64,000 nt of DNA from positions 122,134 to 186,133 of the forward strand of contig NMRA01000550.1 in assembly GCA_002633005.1 (NCBI GenBank), written 5' to 3'. The position numbers and the translations under genes are program-made. Under the pieces are notes generated by a model, which saw nothing but the letters and a program-made list of their open reading frames with translations, made no database searches and was not told where the DNA came from. Source of the DNA: Phoronis australis. Taxonomy: Eukaryota > Animalia > Phoronida. Shown piece by piece: positions 13,801 through 28,265 of this stretch. Every line of letters begins with the position of its first letter. Within the stretch, counting starts at the first letter, position 1.

Positions 13801-16515
13801 TGTAAACGTAATTTTTAAAGAGACAATTTGCTATTTCTGATAAAACACGTTCTGAGACAATGTTAATTGAAACGGTTTTATCATACACGTGTTCCATTTA
13901 CAGGGGAGATAAGAGCATCGTTTCTGCAACTGGAAACTATGTATTACCCCTTTCATACCAAATAACAAGATTTATTGTCGCCGCTCGGCGATTTTGTGAT
14001 TCCTTGCTCACCGTCATAGCCCCTTACAACTTCGTATGCGTGTTAACTCCGTGATTGAATTGGAAGGCCTTGTTTCCCAAGTCTTATGACAATTTATTTC
14101 CAGAAGTTTAATTAAAGGAAATTTTAAATTCCAGGAGTGGATTACATTTTCAATTCTTTATTAAGTTTGTCAGTTTTAATGTGAACAGAACTATTTGATG
14201 GGGGGAGGGGGTATCGTCGATCCATTTACGCTCTCCGAAGATTTTGTTTGAGTGGTCAGAGGATTGTTTTACTCAAAATGAATTAGCTCTTTGCACCAGC
14301 AATAAAACAATTTCGTTTGTAGAAAGTAATTAGGGTGCTTGCAAATATCTTCATCATTGCATATAATAATCGGTGAATGGTGAACAGAGCACTGACACTG
14401 AAATCTACTGATTGTTGAAGATTTGTGAGGTACCTATCCACACTTAAAACAAAAGGTTAGTTGAAACGTAACGGCGAAATTACACCAAGCGCTTAGAATA
14501 GTGAACAACTGCATGAATTGTCGAGACAGTTTTGCGAAATAATTTCGCTTGATAAGCGGATCCACGACTATCATGCAGAGGTCCAATAACGAGCAAAAGG
14601 GTTAAGTTGTCGTCTTGGCTTGGCCTTTTGTAGCTATCTACAGACGATTTTGATTAAACTAAAAATACAGCGCCTTTCTGCATTTTGCGTTAGCGTTGCC
14701 TTGCGAAGTAGGGCAGGTGGCGTTTAATTGTTTGTGTATGATAGATTGCGTCAATGCGCTGGGATGTTCGACCATGGTTAGCCAGTTTGATCCGGGATAC
14801 ACGTTTGTGGATGATGGCCTCAAGTGCAAAGTTCAGTTCTTTTTGCAGAACAATACCAGTCAGTGACCTTGCAGTTAAATTATTTTCGCTGAAAATGGAC
14901 CACGACATAAATTACTTGGTAGTCTATTGATAATGCGTGAACTTGCGCAGCTAAATTGCAAAAACATAAATATACTATTTTTTCCATTTGTTGTTGACGG
15001 TTTGACGGCTGTAAAGAAACACTGGCATAGGTGTGTCGACGGGGCCGGGATTCCGTTGCGCTCCGCCACCCATTGTGATTTGTTTCGTCTTCCTCATTAA
15101 ACCAAACCTTTATATGCCTTTATGAAATGAAAACTTTCTCAAAGGTTACAAGCTGGATACGTGTCCTAATAACTGACTGACAGCATCTATGGTAAACCAC
15201 ATGGTTGTCTCACAGTTGGCAGGACGGGGTTTGCCAGTTATTGACGAGATTTTTAAAACTGGCTATTTTACTTACTACACCACAAGATGTCGCGCATGCA
15301 TGCTGCCTGCTGTCATTGACATAAGCTGTGAAACGAGAGACCGATTGCGTAAACATCAAGAAATAAACAAAATATCAATGTTCGGAATAGATGTGGCTAA
15401 AATATACCTAAATGATGTGCATTGATGTGCGCTAAGTAAACTATCTGTTTGATATTTCTACCTTTAAATAAAAATAACAATACTGTCGGTGGGTACTGGA
15501 TTTAGACTGAATTAAGAAACAGGTTGACCCTGTGAACAAGGTTGTAAACGTGAAATTGTTATAAAAAATATCTGTCTACTGCAAAAATATCGAATTTTAA
15601 TAAACTGGTTTCATTCATACTTTGCTCAGGACTTGCATTTTTATCTAAAAATATAGTTCAATCCCCTAATGTGATAATATACCACACAATAATTTTCTAT
15701 TGATTTTGATTTTTTCATTTCAAGAGATATATAATACTTGGATAGCAAATTTGTTGCACAGAGGATGGGAAACACCTGTGGTATGATTTCGTCAAGAGAG
15801 TTTGCAGTGTAAGTGGGACTGAATACCGCATCAAATGGGACCATTATCTTTCATCAGTCGGCAGGAAGGTGTTTGCAGAAATCATTCCATTTCTTTGGAA
15901 ACAAATGATAGAAGTATTTCGAACTTGTTCTGAAACCTAAAGGAAATCTTACAATCTACCCCTCTCTATGGCTTCAATTGGTAGGCCTACCACATCAGGA
16001 AAGTTAGACCAAATACACATTTGTTGAAACGCCATTTCAAAAGGAATTTCAAACAAAGCTCTGAGCTCTTATTTGTTTACTTTCTTTGAAAACCTTTACA
16101 AGTACCATCTTCACGTTATTCATTAGCTTGGCAATCAAACTGGTAAATATTAATAAACGAGTTATCAATGCCTCTCAAAAATCTTATTTGGCTTTCGTTC
16201 ACTTTAGAATGTTTGCGCTTTATTTATCTACTAAGTCACATGACAGGTGTCGACCAATGAAAAGGTGTTATATCGCTATTCGGAATGTATAATATAAAAC
16301 GTGGGGAGTTAGTGCTGTGTTTGAGTTGCGAGAATGTCGCTCTGTTTTTGAAGTGTTTTCATTGCGTTTATTCGTCATATTGTTCAGTTTAAGAGTCGGT
16401 GGGCGCGAGTGTAGCAGTCAGTATGGACTTCAGTTATCTCATTTGGAGGTGAAGCCACTGTTTGGAGTATCACCAGCGAAATCTAAGACTGGGCTTACGA
16501 GGCCCGAGTCTCAAA

Positions 16516-16691
16516 ATGGCGTCGACATTTGGGACGACTATTGTTGTTATATGGATATTTTTATGGAAGTTTGCGAGTGCTCAAAGTAGCGTTTGTCCAA
16601 GCGCCTGCGATTGCTTGTTTCCCATGGTGGACTGCAGCGAACGAGGATTAACTGAAATTCCCACAGATTTGCCAAATTGGGTGGAAATTTT
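16516..16691 (+). CDS. LRIG: LRIG-family receptor exon 1: signal peptide + LRRNT
   Basis: AAAATGG start; MASTFGTTIVVIWIFLWKFASA signal peptide, then CPSACDCLFPMVDCSERGLTEIPTDLP (LRRNT); phase-2 donor TT|GTAAGT. Confidence 0.9.
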
Positions 16692-19600
16692 GTAAGTATT
16701 TTTATAAACCTGTTTCTTGACTGAGAACGAGAGGCGACTCCCTGCGCTTCGCTCAAACTCCGCCGTATTTAACCAGCTGATCAAGTGAACATTATACAGG
16801 CCTACTGATGTTATCAATGAAGTATACACCGATTCGTAATCCTCCCTGCTACTATTTCCCTCGAATAAGTCAAAACAGGTCTTAGTGTGTAGTCTAAATC
16901 CTTCAAACCGTTTTACGTTTTCTGACTCGGCTCAGAGTTCAATAGTGAATGCTGTAGTTGTGTTGTTGTCACAAAATAACTCGACTGGCCTTTTCACTTC
17001 TTTGACTTCTGCTACTTTTCTTATGGGGAATTAGTGTCAGATGCGAGCCATCTTTTTTATATTGCTGAGAAACTTAGCGCTCTCTAATCATGCGGGATTC
17101 TTGTTTACAATTTAAGGTCATGAGAGTAAGCAGTTAGGTGTAATTTTACCTATTTTATTGTGTGTCAGGCATGGCCTGTATTGTTGCTACACTTTGAAAG
17201 TGTAACATTGTTGTAAATTTGGAGTGAAGTTGTCAGTTGAAGTGCAAGTGGAAACCTTGATGGATTTCAAGGGAAGTTGAGAGATGTTCCGCATATTTTG
17301 AAAAGCACTCTGTTAAGAGAGTTAAGTTTGCGTTTGTTTTCAATGTGTAAACTACCCCAAAAAGATCACGGAGTACTGTGTGGTATTGAATATGTATAAG
17401 TTCTCGAGATGGCTTGTTTTCAGTCTCACAGCTGAAACATTGGGTGTGTAAATAATAGATAATATCGCCAACCGTAACCAGGTCTTAAAAAATTTATTTG
17501 AAGCTCTTTTAAAAATGCCATATTTGCAGCCAAGCATTTATAATGACAAGCTTAGCACAAGTCTGTAAATTGTCACTTAAATCAGTATTAATGGTGACAT
17601 AAACTGGAGATATTAAAATTATAGATTAGACTTATTAATTCAATTACTGTGAGGTAATCGTGTACAACGGACAATTAATATTGAAGACGTAAGAGACACT
17701 GTATTATGACTCCATCTATACTTTTGACTCACCTACAACTGCTGTGTTCCCACGTAGGGATCATTGCATTACACAAGCAGTTTTATGGTTGTAATTTACG
17801 TCAAAAATAACTTTCGACACACTGGGTGTTAACTGAGAAACTCCACGTGGCATTAAACTTATTTTGTGTACATGCAGTGCTTAGTACTTAATACATTCAT
17901 TTATAGTTTTTGTATTGAATTTTCTCTGGCGTGAAACTTCCCGAAAAGTTCAGGCGTGACAGATTGATTTTCAATGTGTTTTTTTTAAAGATTTACGCAT
18001 GAATTTTTCTGAAATTGCGAAAGGAAAAGTTTCGACTGCTGCCGCCAATTTGTTCAAGATTCTCCGTCTTGAGGATAATTGTATGCCCAAGTTTTGTTTA
18101 CAAATTTTTTATAATTTTACTCGGTTCTGATCCTGGATGAAAATCATCATTGATGTACGGTATTTTTAATTGTTTTTGAATTGCGAAACTAAGTCTGTCA
18201 CCCTCAATGAAGGAGCATCGTCATGTATGAAATGCGTCATAACCGCCCCACTGTTTATCTATGGGGTTGGTATTTTTGTGTACGTGGGACTTATACAAAA
18301 CACGTTCTGGTCTTAGTCGAATATTCACCACTTTCCTGTCCACAGATCTGAGTAGTACAAAGGGTCACTCTATCCTGGTCTGTTCTCTCTCTGCAGGCTT
18401 TTGTGCCGATAACCACATCTATTTTATCAGGTGTTCTCTCTCCCTCATACTGGCCCATTGCTGAACTCCGTAGAATAACACCTGATCTTTTTTAGTCATC
18501 TGCAGCTCGTTGAATAGAATGGATACCCAATGTTTGCTCAGTTATGATTGGTACACCCAGTTTGGTGTGGGTTCAACCAGCCAGTCTTCATTATAATGCA
18601 CTGTAAAGAGCTGTTGGGTTAAAATATTTGCATTAGGGTGATAAATATTCTTAATGCTTTTAATGCGACCCACAACACTAGTTTGAGAACAATACTTACA
18701 CTTAAGTGCTGTGAGTTAGCTCAAGACAAATCTATCCAACTATTAGGAATGCTCTGTCTCCTTAGAAAACCAATTATGTACGGTGTACTGTCTATAGAGC
18801 TAACACAAAATTCTGTTTGTTTTTATGTTTTGTGAATTTCCTGTATTATTTCAGAGTGATAAATAACATAAAAATAACCGGGGATTTGTCTTAAGTACTT
18901 TTCTGTTAAATTATGCCAAAGCTTCATTTTACCCTCGACAAATTGCTGCAAGCCGTGCTTGTTGAACAGCACCACCTTCAGGAAAAAAGAACTACGTATC
19001 CACTGCAAAACAGACCTTTGTTGATTTATGACCAGAAATGTGTAATTTAGCTGATTATATTTTTATTATTTTGTAATTATTGATAACTAAGTAGGTATTA
19101 AAATAATGGTATCTACTATTGTGAATTTCATTCTCAACCTTTAATTCCGTGAAAGAAGTCAGATTTCGTGAATTCCATCTGTCCTCTGTTATCGTTTAGA
19201 ATCAGGTTCTCTAAATTATAACAATGCAAATACAATTATTGTTATACCAGAGTGTATAAGTATCTGGAAATACTTTCAGACTGAAATTAACATAACCACC
19301 ACAATTCTTTACTAGAATCTAGGAACCAGTACTGGTTCCCGTATTTAATGCAAGATATGGCTGACAAGTAGAATTTTATTTCATCGTTATTTGTCAAAAG
19401 ATAAATATTATGTAAATTTTAGTCGTTCATCAGTTTTGGCTTATAGATGTTATAAAAACATTTTCCGAAAGTCATGTTACGTATAATGAAGAAATGCCAG
19501 TTTTGGTAATTATTTTTGTGCGAAATGAGTTAAGATTTCCTCTAAAGATGTGTGGTTTTGTCAATGAAATGTATGCGCCCTCTCGTCGAAGAGCGCCATC

Positions 19601-19955
19601 TATAGTTTACAAGTGTGAATACGGAACATTTGCACTATTTTCAAATTCTCCTTAATTCCATGTAAACAAATCACTATTGTTGTATTATTTTGTTTTTTTT
19701 TTGCTTTTTGTGAAGTAGAAGATAATGAATTATTTGTTTCAAATTTTGCTCTCATGAAAGTTGCCACCAGCTCTCTCGTGTGAAAGTACTTAGCGGCCAG
19801 AGAGTCAACAGATAATTATGTCAATGTAATTGGGCATGTAAATAAAACTTTTATTTTCCTTGTCTTTTTGTTAATGGTTTTATGATCGTTTTTGTAATGT
19901 GCAAGGCAGTAGGCGTGGTGTTCACTTCCTTGTTGACGTCCCCTGCTCTTTTCAG

Positions 19956-20027
19956 GCATCTCAGGTCAAACGAAATTAGCAAGATTCAAGGAGATGTCTT
20001 TCGCGGATTCACCAGTATCAAACAAAT
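19956..20027 (+). CDS. LRIG: LRIG exon 2 (one LRR, 72 nt)
   Basis: CTCTTTTCAG acceptor; LHLRSNEISKIQGDVFRGFTSIKQI; GTAAGT donor; phase 2-2. Confidence 0.85.
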
Positions 20028-23000
20028 GTAAGTATTTCTCATAAATATTGAGCACTTTACACACGACAGTGATATCCTGCTTTTGTTTTTATGCCCCCAT
20101 GCTCTGTTTGGCTGCTGTGCTGGGAAGAATGGCACACCAAATGAAGCTCAGTCATACATTGAGAGCATTAGGGTTGGGGTTTGTTGGCTGGGGGAGGGGG
20201 GGGGTTTGAAGGTCATAATTGTGTTGTGAAAATAAGAGAGTTGTAACTGGATCTACAGAGGCTGTAACAACGCTAATTTGAGGTTTCTTGACAAATGTCA
20301 GGCTGACCACTATCACAGAGGCTGTTCCTGGCCTTCTGCCTGGCTCATGAGACATATACATTATTCTCCAAAACAAAACAAAATTAAACTCGACTGGATT
20401 ACAAAATTTATGTACATGTTCAAAAGTGCATATTCGTACTGTGGAGAGTTTGTGCGATAAGTCTTGGGAGTTAATGCATTTACTGGGACCAAAAAGTCCT
20501 AATTTGCTTAAGAAATGACTGATCTCCCAATCAGTTTAAACTCATTGCATAGGTTTTCAAACCAGATGCAAGTAAGTCAAACTCATTGCAGTGAAATTTA
20601 AACTGGACGCAGTTTAGAGTCAGAGCCTGTTGTTGAAATCAACACTGCACCAAACTGTGACGTACTGGGTAGCCTTCAAACATTATGTCACACTTATGTC
20701 CCCTGCAGTGTCCTAAATGCCTCGATTTTGAGGCATCAATTCTTGTCTGAAAAATATTTCTGGTAAAGTTGTGGAAATTTCTCTTACTTCATCTAACATT
20801 TTCCTCTCGAACAATCGTAGGCGAACACACTTTCTTCAAAGTGAACAAAGGTCGCGACCTGCAGTTTTTCCTCGAGAGAGAGGGAGAAAGAGTGAGAAAA
20901 TTGTGTTTTCCAGGAATATGTTTTTATTGCTGCATTGGCATGTCTTGCCATCTGGCATGAATAGCTGCAATTCTGGGTCTGTCTGTGTGTAACCTGAGAG
21001 ATTGTCATGTGTCTGTTCATTTGATGTATGCTAGAGCTATGTGGCAGTGAAGACTGGTGCAGCAGCATGGTATCACATAGTTGTGATGGGCAATTGGCTC
21101 AATTTGATCTCAGCTTCACCCTCTCTCCCTTTCTCTCACTTCGGCCCATTGGCTATGACCTACTCTAAGCTGGGGTCATCCATCCTTTGCTGGGTGATGG
21201 CCTGCTTGAAGGGGTTGTGCAGTGTGTGATGATTGTGCTAGAGTCAACACTTGGTCTGGTGATAATGAAATTTTAATAGAAATGGCCATTAAACGTATAT
21301 ATCAAAAGTTGCTGAAAACCTTTTTGCTTGTAAGAGAAAAGAAATCTCCATATTTTCCCGTTTGTAGTCCAGGCTAGGGTAGTGCTGGCTTTTTGTGAAT
21401 GCGACTGATTCCTCTGTGAGGTTCAAAGGTCATGCCCGTGTCCATTTTGACACAGAATATTCCTCGCGACACATATTGATTGTCGGCGTGTCAAGACTTG
21501 GTGCATAACCGTGGAGTGGCCGTGTCGATAGATCTCTAGTACCCGTCTCCCCTTGAGTCGGCTTACCTGCTTCAATGGTCCATTATTCAACATGCAAGGT
21601 GTTCCATGGTCACCCAGCTCAAGTGCTCCCACCTGGCATGTATAAGAATGTCATGAATCAAACCAGATTTGGAGTGGTTTCTATCTCAACTAATGCTCCT
21701 ATTGTTCACGCTCTTTTCCAATCCCAGCTAAGACCCAAGGATGACTAGTTGAAGTGTCGAGGGGTTGTCACGGGCTTAAATGATGAGTTTATTCCGTTAT
21801 TCAGTGCATTGATATTATTGGATGTTATGAGACATCCGCAACCCTTGTGTTATTGCTAAATAATTGTGTGAAATTTCCTTTCGTAATAGTTACAGCAAAT
21901 GCCTCTGCAGAATGATTCAGTGCATCTGGGGTGCTATTTTTGTTGAAATTGTCCCATGTGGATGTCTGTTATGTTATGCCTATAGCTTGAGTGGTGATTT
22001 CAATTCTTTTTAAACAAAGTGCATTACTAGTTTGATCCTGTTGTAATGTGCCTGTTCAGCGTTAATATTGGACCTCTATGAATTCGGACGCAGCGAGGTA
22101 CGCATACATTTTGCACATGGTCTCGAGCTTGGCGATCCATTCAGAGCTCCATAATTGCACCTCGTGGAAATTTTTTCAAGAAACAACGAGCAACAAGTTT
22201 AACATCTGTTAATTACTCATCATTAAGCTACGCATGTCCAATGCCTGTTTGGGGCCTTCTAGCTTGTTGTGAGTGGCCCCGGGCCATGGGTGACGGATTG
22301 TCCCACACCTGGTGCACAGATTGCTGCAAGGTTTATGAATTTGTTCTCCCCTTGTTATCTGGCTGTCTTATCTAATCTGTGGTAGTTCACTGTGCAGTGT
22401 TTAGACTGACGGGATTGATTCAGGGCTGATAATGCATCATTCAGTTACCAGCTATCCACTTTTAACACCTCACTGTTTGCCCTTGCATCAATTCATCTTG
22501 GCACGGTTTTCGGCAATTTTTCACCGGCCTTGTAGGATGCCGATTATCAAACGACCAATAAACATTTATGCAAGACGGAATCCTTTGTTTGATGCCTGAA
22601 TTTAACGACAGCTGAGTTTTAATTAATTGAAATGCCTTTGATAAACAGCCCGTGCAGGTGTTAATCCCCTGTATTCCCTCCCCTCATGTTGTGTTAGCGC
22701 TGTCATTTCAACCTTCTTCCCTCTGAATCTTGCTTCAGCTCGGCCCCGCACTCCATACTTGTCAGGTGGCGTTCGTGTCATTCATAATATAGTTTTGTCA
22801 TCTCACAAAATTCATGAATTTACAGTTATGAATTCTCTTGAACAATCTTAATATAAATTATTCCTTAACCTCCGCAATAATAAATCTTAGTTTACATTCA
22901 AACCTTCCCTCCCTAGCTGTGGTGTTGCCCCTTCTGTTCAAACCACACCAAGGGTCTTCCTGACAACTCTATTGGCGTCTAGAGTTGACTGAGTAACCTG

Positions 23001-26000
23001 ATGCCTGTGAATGGCTCATCAATAGCTGAATTGTCAGGCCTGCTTCTGTATGATTGTACCTTGGATTGGGTTGCCCTTGTTCAAGTTGTAGTATTCTAGT
23101 CAAGTGTTTAAATAGGTGATTTGTACGTGTGAATTACCATTTTTGCTAGAGTGTTTTATAGTGTTACCGTTTATCCCTCACCGGCATCGCTTTGTTGCCG
23201 TAGTTTTTAACTGTGCTGTTAATGAACTGTAAAAATGAATAAATGTTAATGTTTATGGCGTTGGATGTTTGCCTGCGAAGCGTTTTTATGGCGATGTGGT
23301 CGCATACGGTTTTTATGTCGTGCGATGTTTAGCAAACTGTTGAAGGATGCTTAAGCACAGTTGTGTAAATGGCAATTTTACAGAAAACTCGGTGGGTTGC
23401 TTTCTCTTTGCCTGGGGAGGTTAAGTCTGAGGAAAAGTGTTTTTTCATTGTTTTCAAGGATATTTAAGAGACAAATTGAATTTTTATGGACGTGCCACCT
23501 CAGTAGCTAAGTCTAGAGGTATTGTTGACTTGATGAGTTAAAAGCTAAAGCCGCAGTGAGACTAATGTTAGGAGGATAAAATTTGCAATAATAGATCTCA
23601 GTGTCATTGGGTCCAATGTTGGAACATGATCAAAGGCTTGAAGCGAATCTAATAAAGTGTTCAGTGAGGCAAGTCTTTTATTGTGTTAGCTTAATGGTCA
23701 TTAAGGGTTTCCTTCAATGTTGTTTTGCGTTCTCGCAATTTGTGTGAGCAAGTTTAATTACAATCTTCTGAGAGCTCTGTCACAATTGACGAACTTGGTC
23801 CGTGAAACATCAAACGCGTTGAGAGTTTACGTCACTTCGCTGATGTCGTGCTCTGCAAGCATAGCAGCTTCATCGATTGTTGTTGATTACTTGACTTTTA
23901 TCTTATCGTGGGTTTTTTATTTTGATTTTAATCTGTATGCGTCGAACATACCTTGAAAGTTTTTACAGGGCCGTGATGTTAAGATTGGTGTTTGATGGAA
24001 TATCTGCAAAAACATTCGGATTCCCAGTAAAAAGCCATGACATTTAGTGTCACGACCAATTGCTTTCTGTTTTCATTCATGAATTTCTAAGTTGATCGGA
24101 ATCGTCTTTTACTGTTTTCTGATTTTAATGGACAGAACATCAGTTCGCGACGACTACGATGAAAGTTGCTGTTGATATGAGGGCTAAATGAAAAAAGCCC
24201 GAGATACTGCCAGTGGCAGTTTGGTGCGAAATTGAAGGTTTAATCCTCGCCACCAATCATGTAGTTATTTGTCTAGAACTACTGACAAGCAGGTGCCTAG
24301 AGACTGAGCTATTTCAACCGTTGGCTATCACCTAATCAAGTCTGACAGAAAACCTGGCCTGGGTCAGCCGCTCAATGGCTTATTATTGTGGCAATTTTAC
24401 ACCTTGCCTGATCATATTGCGATAAGTCGTCATTTAATCTACTGCCAGAAATCTGTGGTCATTTTTTTCTGTGGATAGAGACACGATTGTTGAAAGACGG
24501 AAAAGGCAGTGGAAAAACATTAAGGCAGAACATGTAGGGAAAATGTAGATTTTGCTTCAGACAAAGATGTACCCGTCTACAAATTTTAAAAGCCTTGATT
24601 ATTATGTAAAGCTGTGAAAACTAAGCAGGGATGAAATCTAGTGCACTGGCTGTTTTGTTATCCGAAAACACTGATTTCACCTGTGTCAGTGATTGATTTT
24701 TCTGCCAAAGCAGCAAGTTCTGAAAGAAAAGCCACATTAGTTGCACAATAGGTGAACTTTGCTGCCATTCATTGACCAGCACAGATGGGATTGTTCTCAG
24801 TGGAATCCTAGCTAAATGCAAAAGTCAATAGCTTTGAATGGAGGCTAGTCTTCACTGGGGGATGTTTTGTGTGGCCATATTGATCGCTGGCCCTCTGTTT
24901 GTCTTTGCCGCATGCAGTCCCATGTTTGCTCATATTTGCTGGTTCCTTTGACTTGTATCCTGCAACTAGCGCATTGACCTCTATTGAGCTGCTCTGAAAT
25001 CCAGTCGTGAATCGTAAGCTGTTGGGGACCCTTGACGCCTCGATTGTAAGGCCAAATGTTTGCTCCATTCCGCTGTGATAAATATTTTGAGATCATGCGA
25101 AATTGCTCTCGTCAAGACCAAAAATTATCTGCAATGATTGAAAAATTCCTCAAAAACTCCTGTTTAGAATCACTTTTAATTAGTACACTGCCTTGAATTG
25201 GCAGCGGCTGTGAAGGGGGATTTGCGCATCACTCAAAAATTCTTATCTTACCGTAGAAGATGCAGATACCTCATGTGAGAGAGGGCCCTGTAAACATCTG
25301 TCATATTTTGGGTGTTATGCTTATTTTTTCCAAATTGTAGGAATTATTTTAAAATGGTCCACTTTTGCAAGAGGGGTCATTAAAAATAGTCTGTCTTGTG
25401 AGGTTTTTATGAAAAAACTTGAAAGTTAGCTTAGGAAATGAAAACGACATGATAATTTAGAAAATTGTATCAGCGCTTTGTGATTTCATCTTGAACATTT
25501 AAATCAAACAAAATTTGACCGTATTCCTTGACGCAGTTTTCGATGATTTTATCTTTTTTGGCAGATTCTACAAGACCCAGTTACTCGGACCCAATCAATG
25601 ACAGACTGGTATAAAGTCAAATTTTACAGGCTTTCTATTTCCAGAAAATATCTTTATGCAGTCAATTGTTAAAATTATGTAGATATTCGCCAGAATGTAC
25701 AGACTTGTGAGTAAGGTCCAACATGGCCTCGACACTTGTTGTGCAGGTAGAACTGATAATGTGTGAGAGATTTAGAGTTGAAAGAATATTCTTTCAACTG
25801 CTCTGTTCATATTCCTAAATGTTTATCTCAAGTGTTCATCGCACTTTAATCTTTCAGTTACAAATAGGATATGTTGCATGCCCTGTTTGAGTCGATTAAA
25901 TATTACCCACGTTGCAAACTTAGCGGCACTGACAAAAGAGGTGGGTTTTACTTAGGGCAGAATTCAAGGTGTGGTTGCGCTAATTTCCAAGCGTTTCATT

Positions 26001-26290
26001 TGAAACTTTTCCTGGTGCAGTTGTTTATGGACGTTCACCTGTAAGGACCACAACTAGCTTGTCACAGACACCACAGACCTTGTGTGATGACTTTCCCAGA
26101 CTAGTGAACTGTCAGATGTGCTGGCCGTTACATAAAACTACATCATTTTTTCTGCTTAGTACCCAGTGAACCCTTATCCTGGACCATGTGCCTTATCCTA
26201 TTAGGGCTCCCCAGGTATAATCCCAGCTATCTGGGTCCTCTTCTTCTGAAGTCTGTCCTTGCTCCAGATCCTGTGGTCTAGCCCTGACTG

Positions 26291-28265
26291 GACAATAGCG
26301 GAGTTGCAACCGAATCGATTTAACGATTGCGCATGTCCGGAAATTAGGGTGCGCAAAGGCTACTGGGATTGTTGATGGTAAACGGGATGACCGACTGGTT
26401 TGCACGACGTGTAATTTGTGTGCATTAAACTACGCTGCTGTATGTAATTCTGCCGCTATTCGCCCTAATTAGCGCCCATGGCTCAACAAGTGCCCCAACG
26501 CGTTTTCAGACTTTGCTAAAGTAAGCGCCCAGCCCATGAACTACATGCGAAAAATGCCCTTACCTACAGTTCTAACGTCTCCAATTTATCAATTGAAAGA
26601 TCCGACAGCCTGAATTTGTAACGGACCACGAGCCTCACCGTTATGTCCGTATACACTTCAAACTTACGCCGCGATTCAAAAAGAACGCAGAAGTTTTGCT
26701 GCTCTTGCGAGGGATGTGCCCCACTACGCGGGTCTGGACATTGAAAACAGACACAGCGTACTTGTCAAAGAGCGGGATTGCATTGTTTCTTTCCAGTACA
26801 GATCTTCTCCGGCCTCAAACTTCTTTGTGCATGTGAAAACCGTGAATCGAAGACTAATAAAAAAAACTCGACCAGTGTTAGCACGCGACCAAGAAGCGCG
26901 CGCTGCATAATGTACCGACTGTCATCGAAGATTAATCGGGTAACATAGCATCGGCAAATAAATATTGGCACTAATTTCCGAAAGTTTCCAATACCGTAAA
27001 AAGCTTCTGCATTATTTTTAAGAGAAATTATTTAACTAATCATAATTGGTGTTTTTAAGGTCAAAATGACCCACTTCGCACCCTTACACCCCAAATCTTC
27101 CGGGAAATAGCTGTTACACTACGGTCACGCATCCACTCACCCGGCGACTCAATGAGTGACATGTCGGTCTTACCGAAAAAATTCTCGAACGTTTTTAGCA
27201 GATGAGGCCAGCAAGTGCTAAGCCGTAAATATTAAAACACGCTCTGCTTGACTGCTTGACTTATTTTTTTTTGGGATACAATGCACACCTAGATCATTAC
27301 ATTACTCTGGCAAATGAACTCTGACAAGCACACGCACGCTTACTCTCACACACACGCATACAAACTTCAAAACAAACGTCACGTGACAACAACATGTGTT
27401 CCCACAGAGATTTTTCTCGGGTTGCGTGCTACAATCTAGCGTAGATTTGGACTTAATCTGCAGTTAATCCAGACTTCACAAGAACTTAAAAATCTTAGAG
27501 ACGCTATTTGGAAAACTTGAGGAGGATTTCAGGTAATTTGTTGAGTCAAAGCTGTATTCTTATTTAAGAATTCAAGCCCTATCGACGATTGCGAGACCAG
27601 CAGCTACGCATTTGTCGGCAAGATTTCGCCCTGGAACTTCAACAAAATTTTATGAAAAATGATCGTAATTTAACAACGAATTTTGATAGCAATGTACCAC
27701 AATTTTGTAGAAAGTAAATAATAATAATCTGCACGCTTTATCTTAGCGCGTAATGCATATAGTGTGCATACGTTAAGTGAGTCGACCCAGAACAGGTGAT
27801 TGTGCAGAGGCATTATCCTCAAAATTGCTCATGTTGGCTTGGTTCTGGTCAAGCGAAAACAAGTTTTTTTTTCACTACCAACCGCCGTGGAGTATTTGTT
27901 ACTGTTTCTTTGAAGGGAGATATTGTTGGGCAGTTTCTAAGATACGTTTTCTTGCCGCCCTCAAAATGAGCGCTGCACACTTTATGCTACGAAGTCGGAA
28001 AGAATTCACGAAGTCGGCCTTTGCTACCAGCTCTACCGATGTCTCTGACCCATGTTTAACGCAGTTCTTGATCCTTGGGAAACAGGTAGTAACTAAATTT
28101 TTTATTTCGCTAACTGGTATTATAGCATGCCAGGCACACAACACGTATAACCTCCCTGTGGCCGGTTCGCCCCCACGCTTGCCGACGTACTTGTTTACCG
28201 GCTTAACCACAATGCAACATTCTGACCCATTTCCAATATGGCGGCGTTGCAACTCCGCTATTGTC
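26291..28265. mobile_element. About 2-kb TIR DNA transposon relic with a decayed THAP domain (ISL2EU/PHIS-like)
   Basis: 20-bp perfect inverted repeat GACAATAGCGGAGTTGCAAC / GTTGCAACTCCGCTATTGTC; internal THAP pseudogene on -. Confidence 0.8.
27910..28155 (-). pseudogene. Degenerate THAP zinc-finger coding sequence
   Basis: Manual translation GYTCCVPG/fs/CYNTS*RNKKFSYYLFPKDQELR*TWVRDIGR...HKVCSAHFEGGKKTYLRNCPTI fits the THAP consensus (C-x-C, FP, W, CSxHF, PT). Confidence 0.8.

Noticed and set aside
16462-16515. Upstream non-ATG start of ORF 16462-16695
   Set aside because: The ATG at 16516 has good Kozak context and directly precedes the signal peptide.
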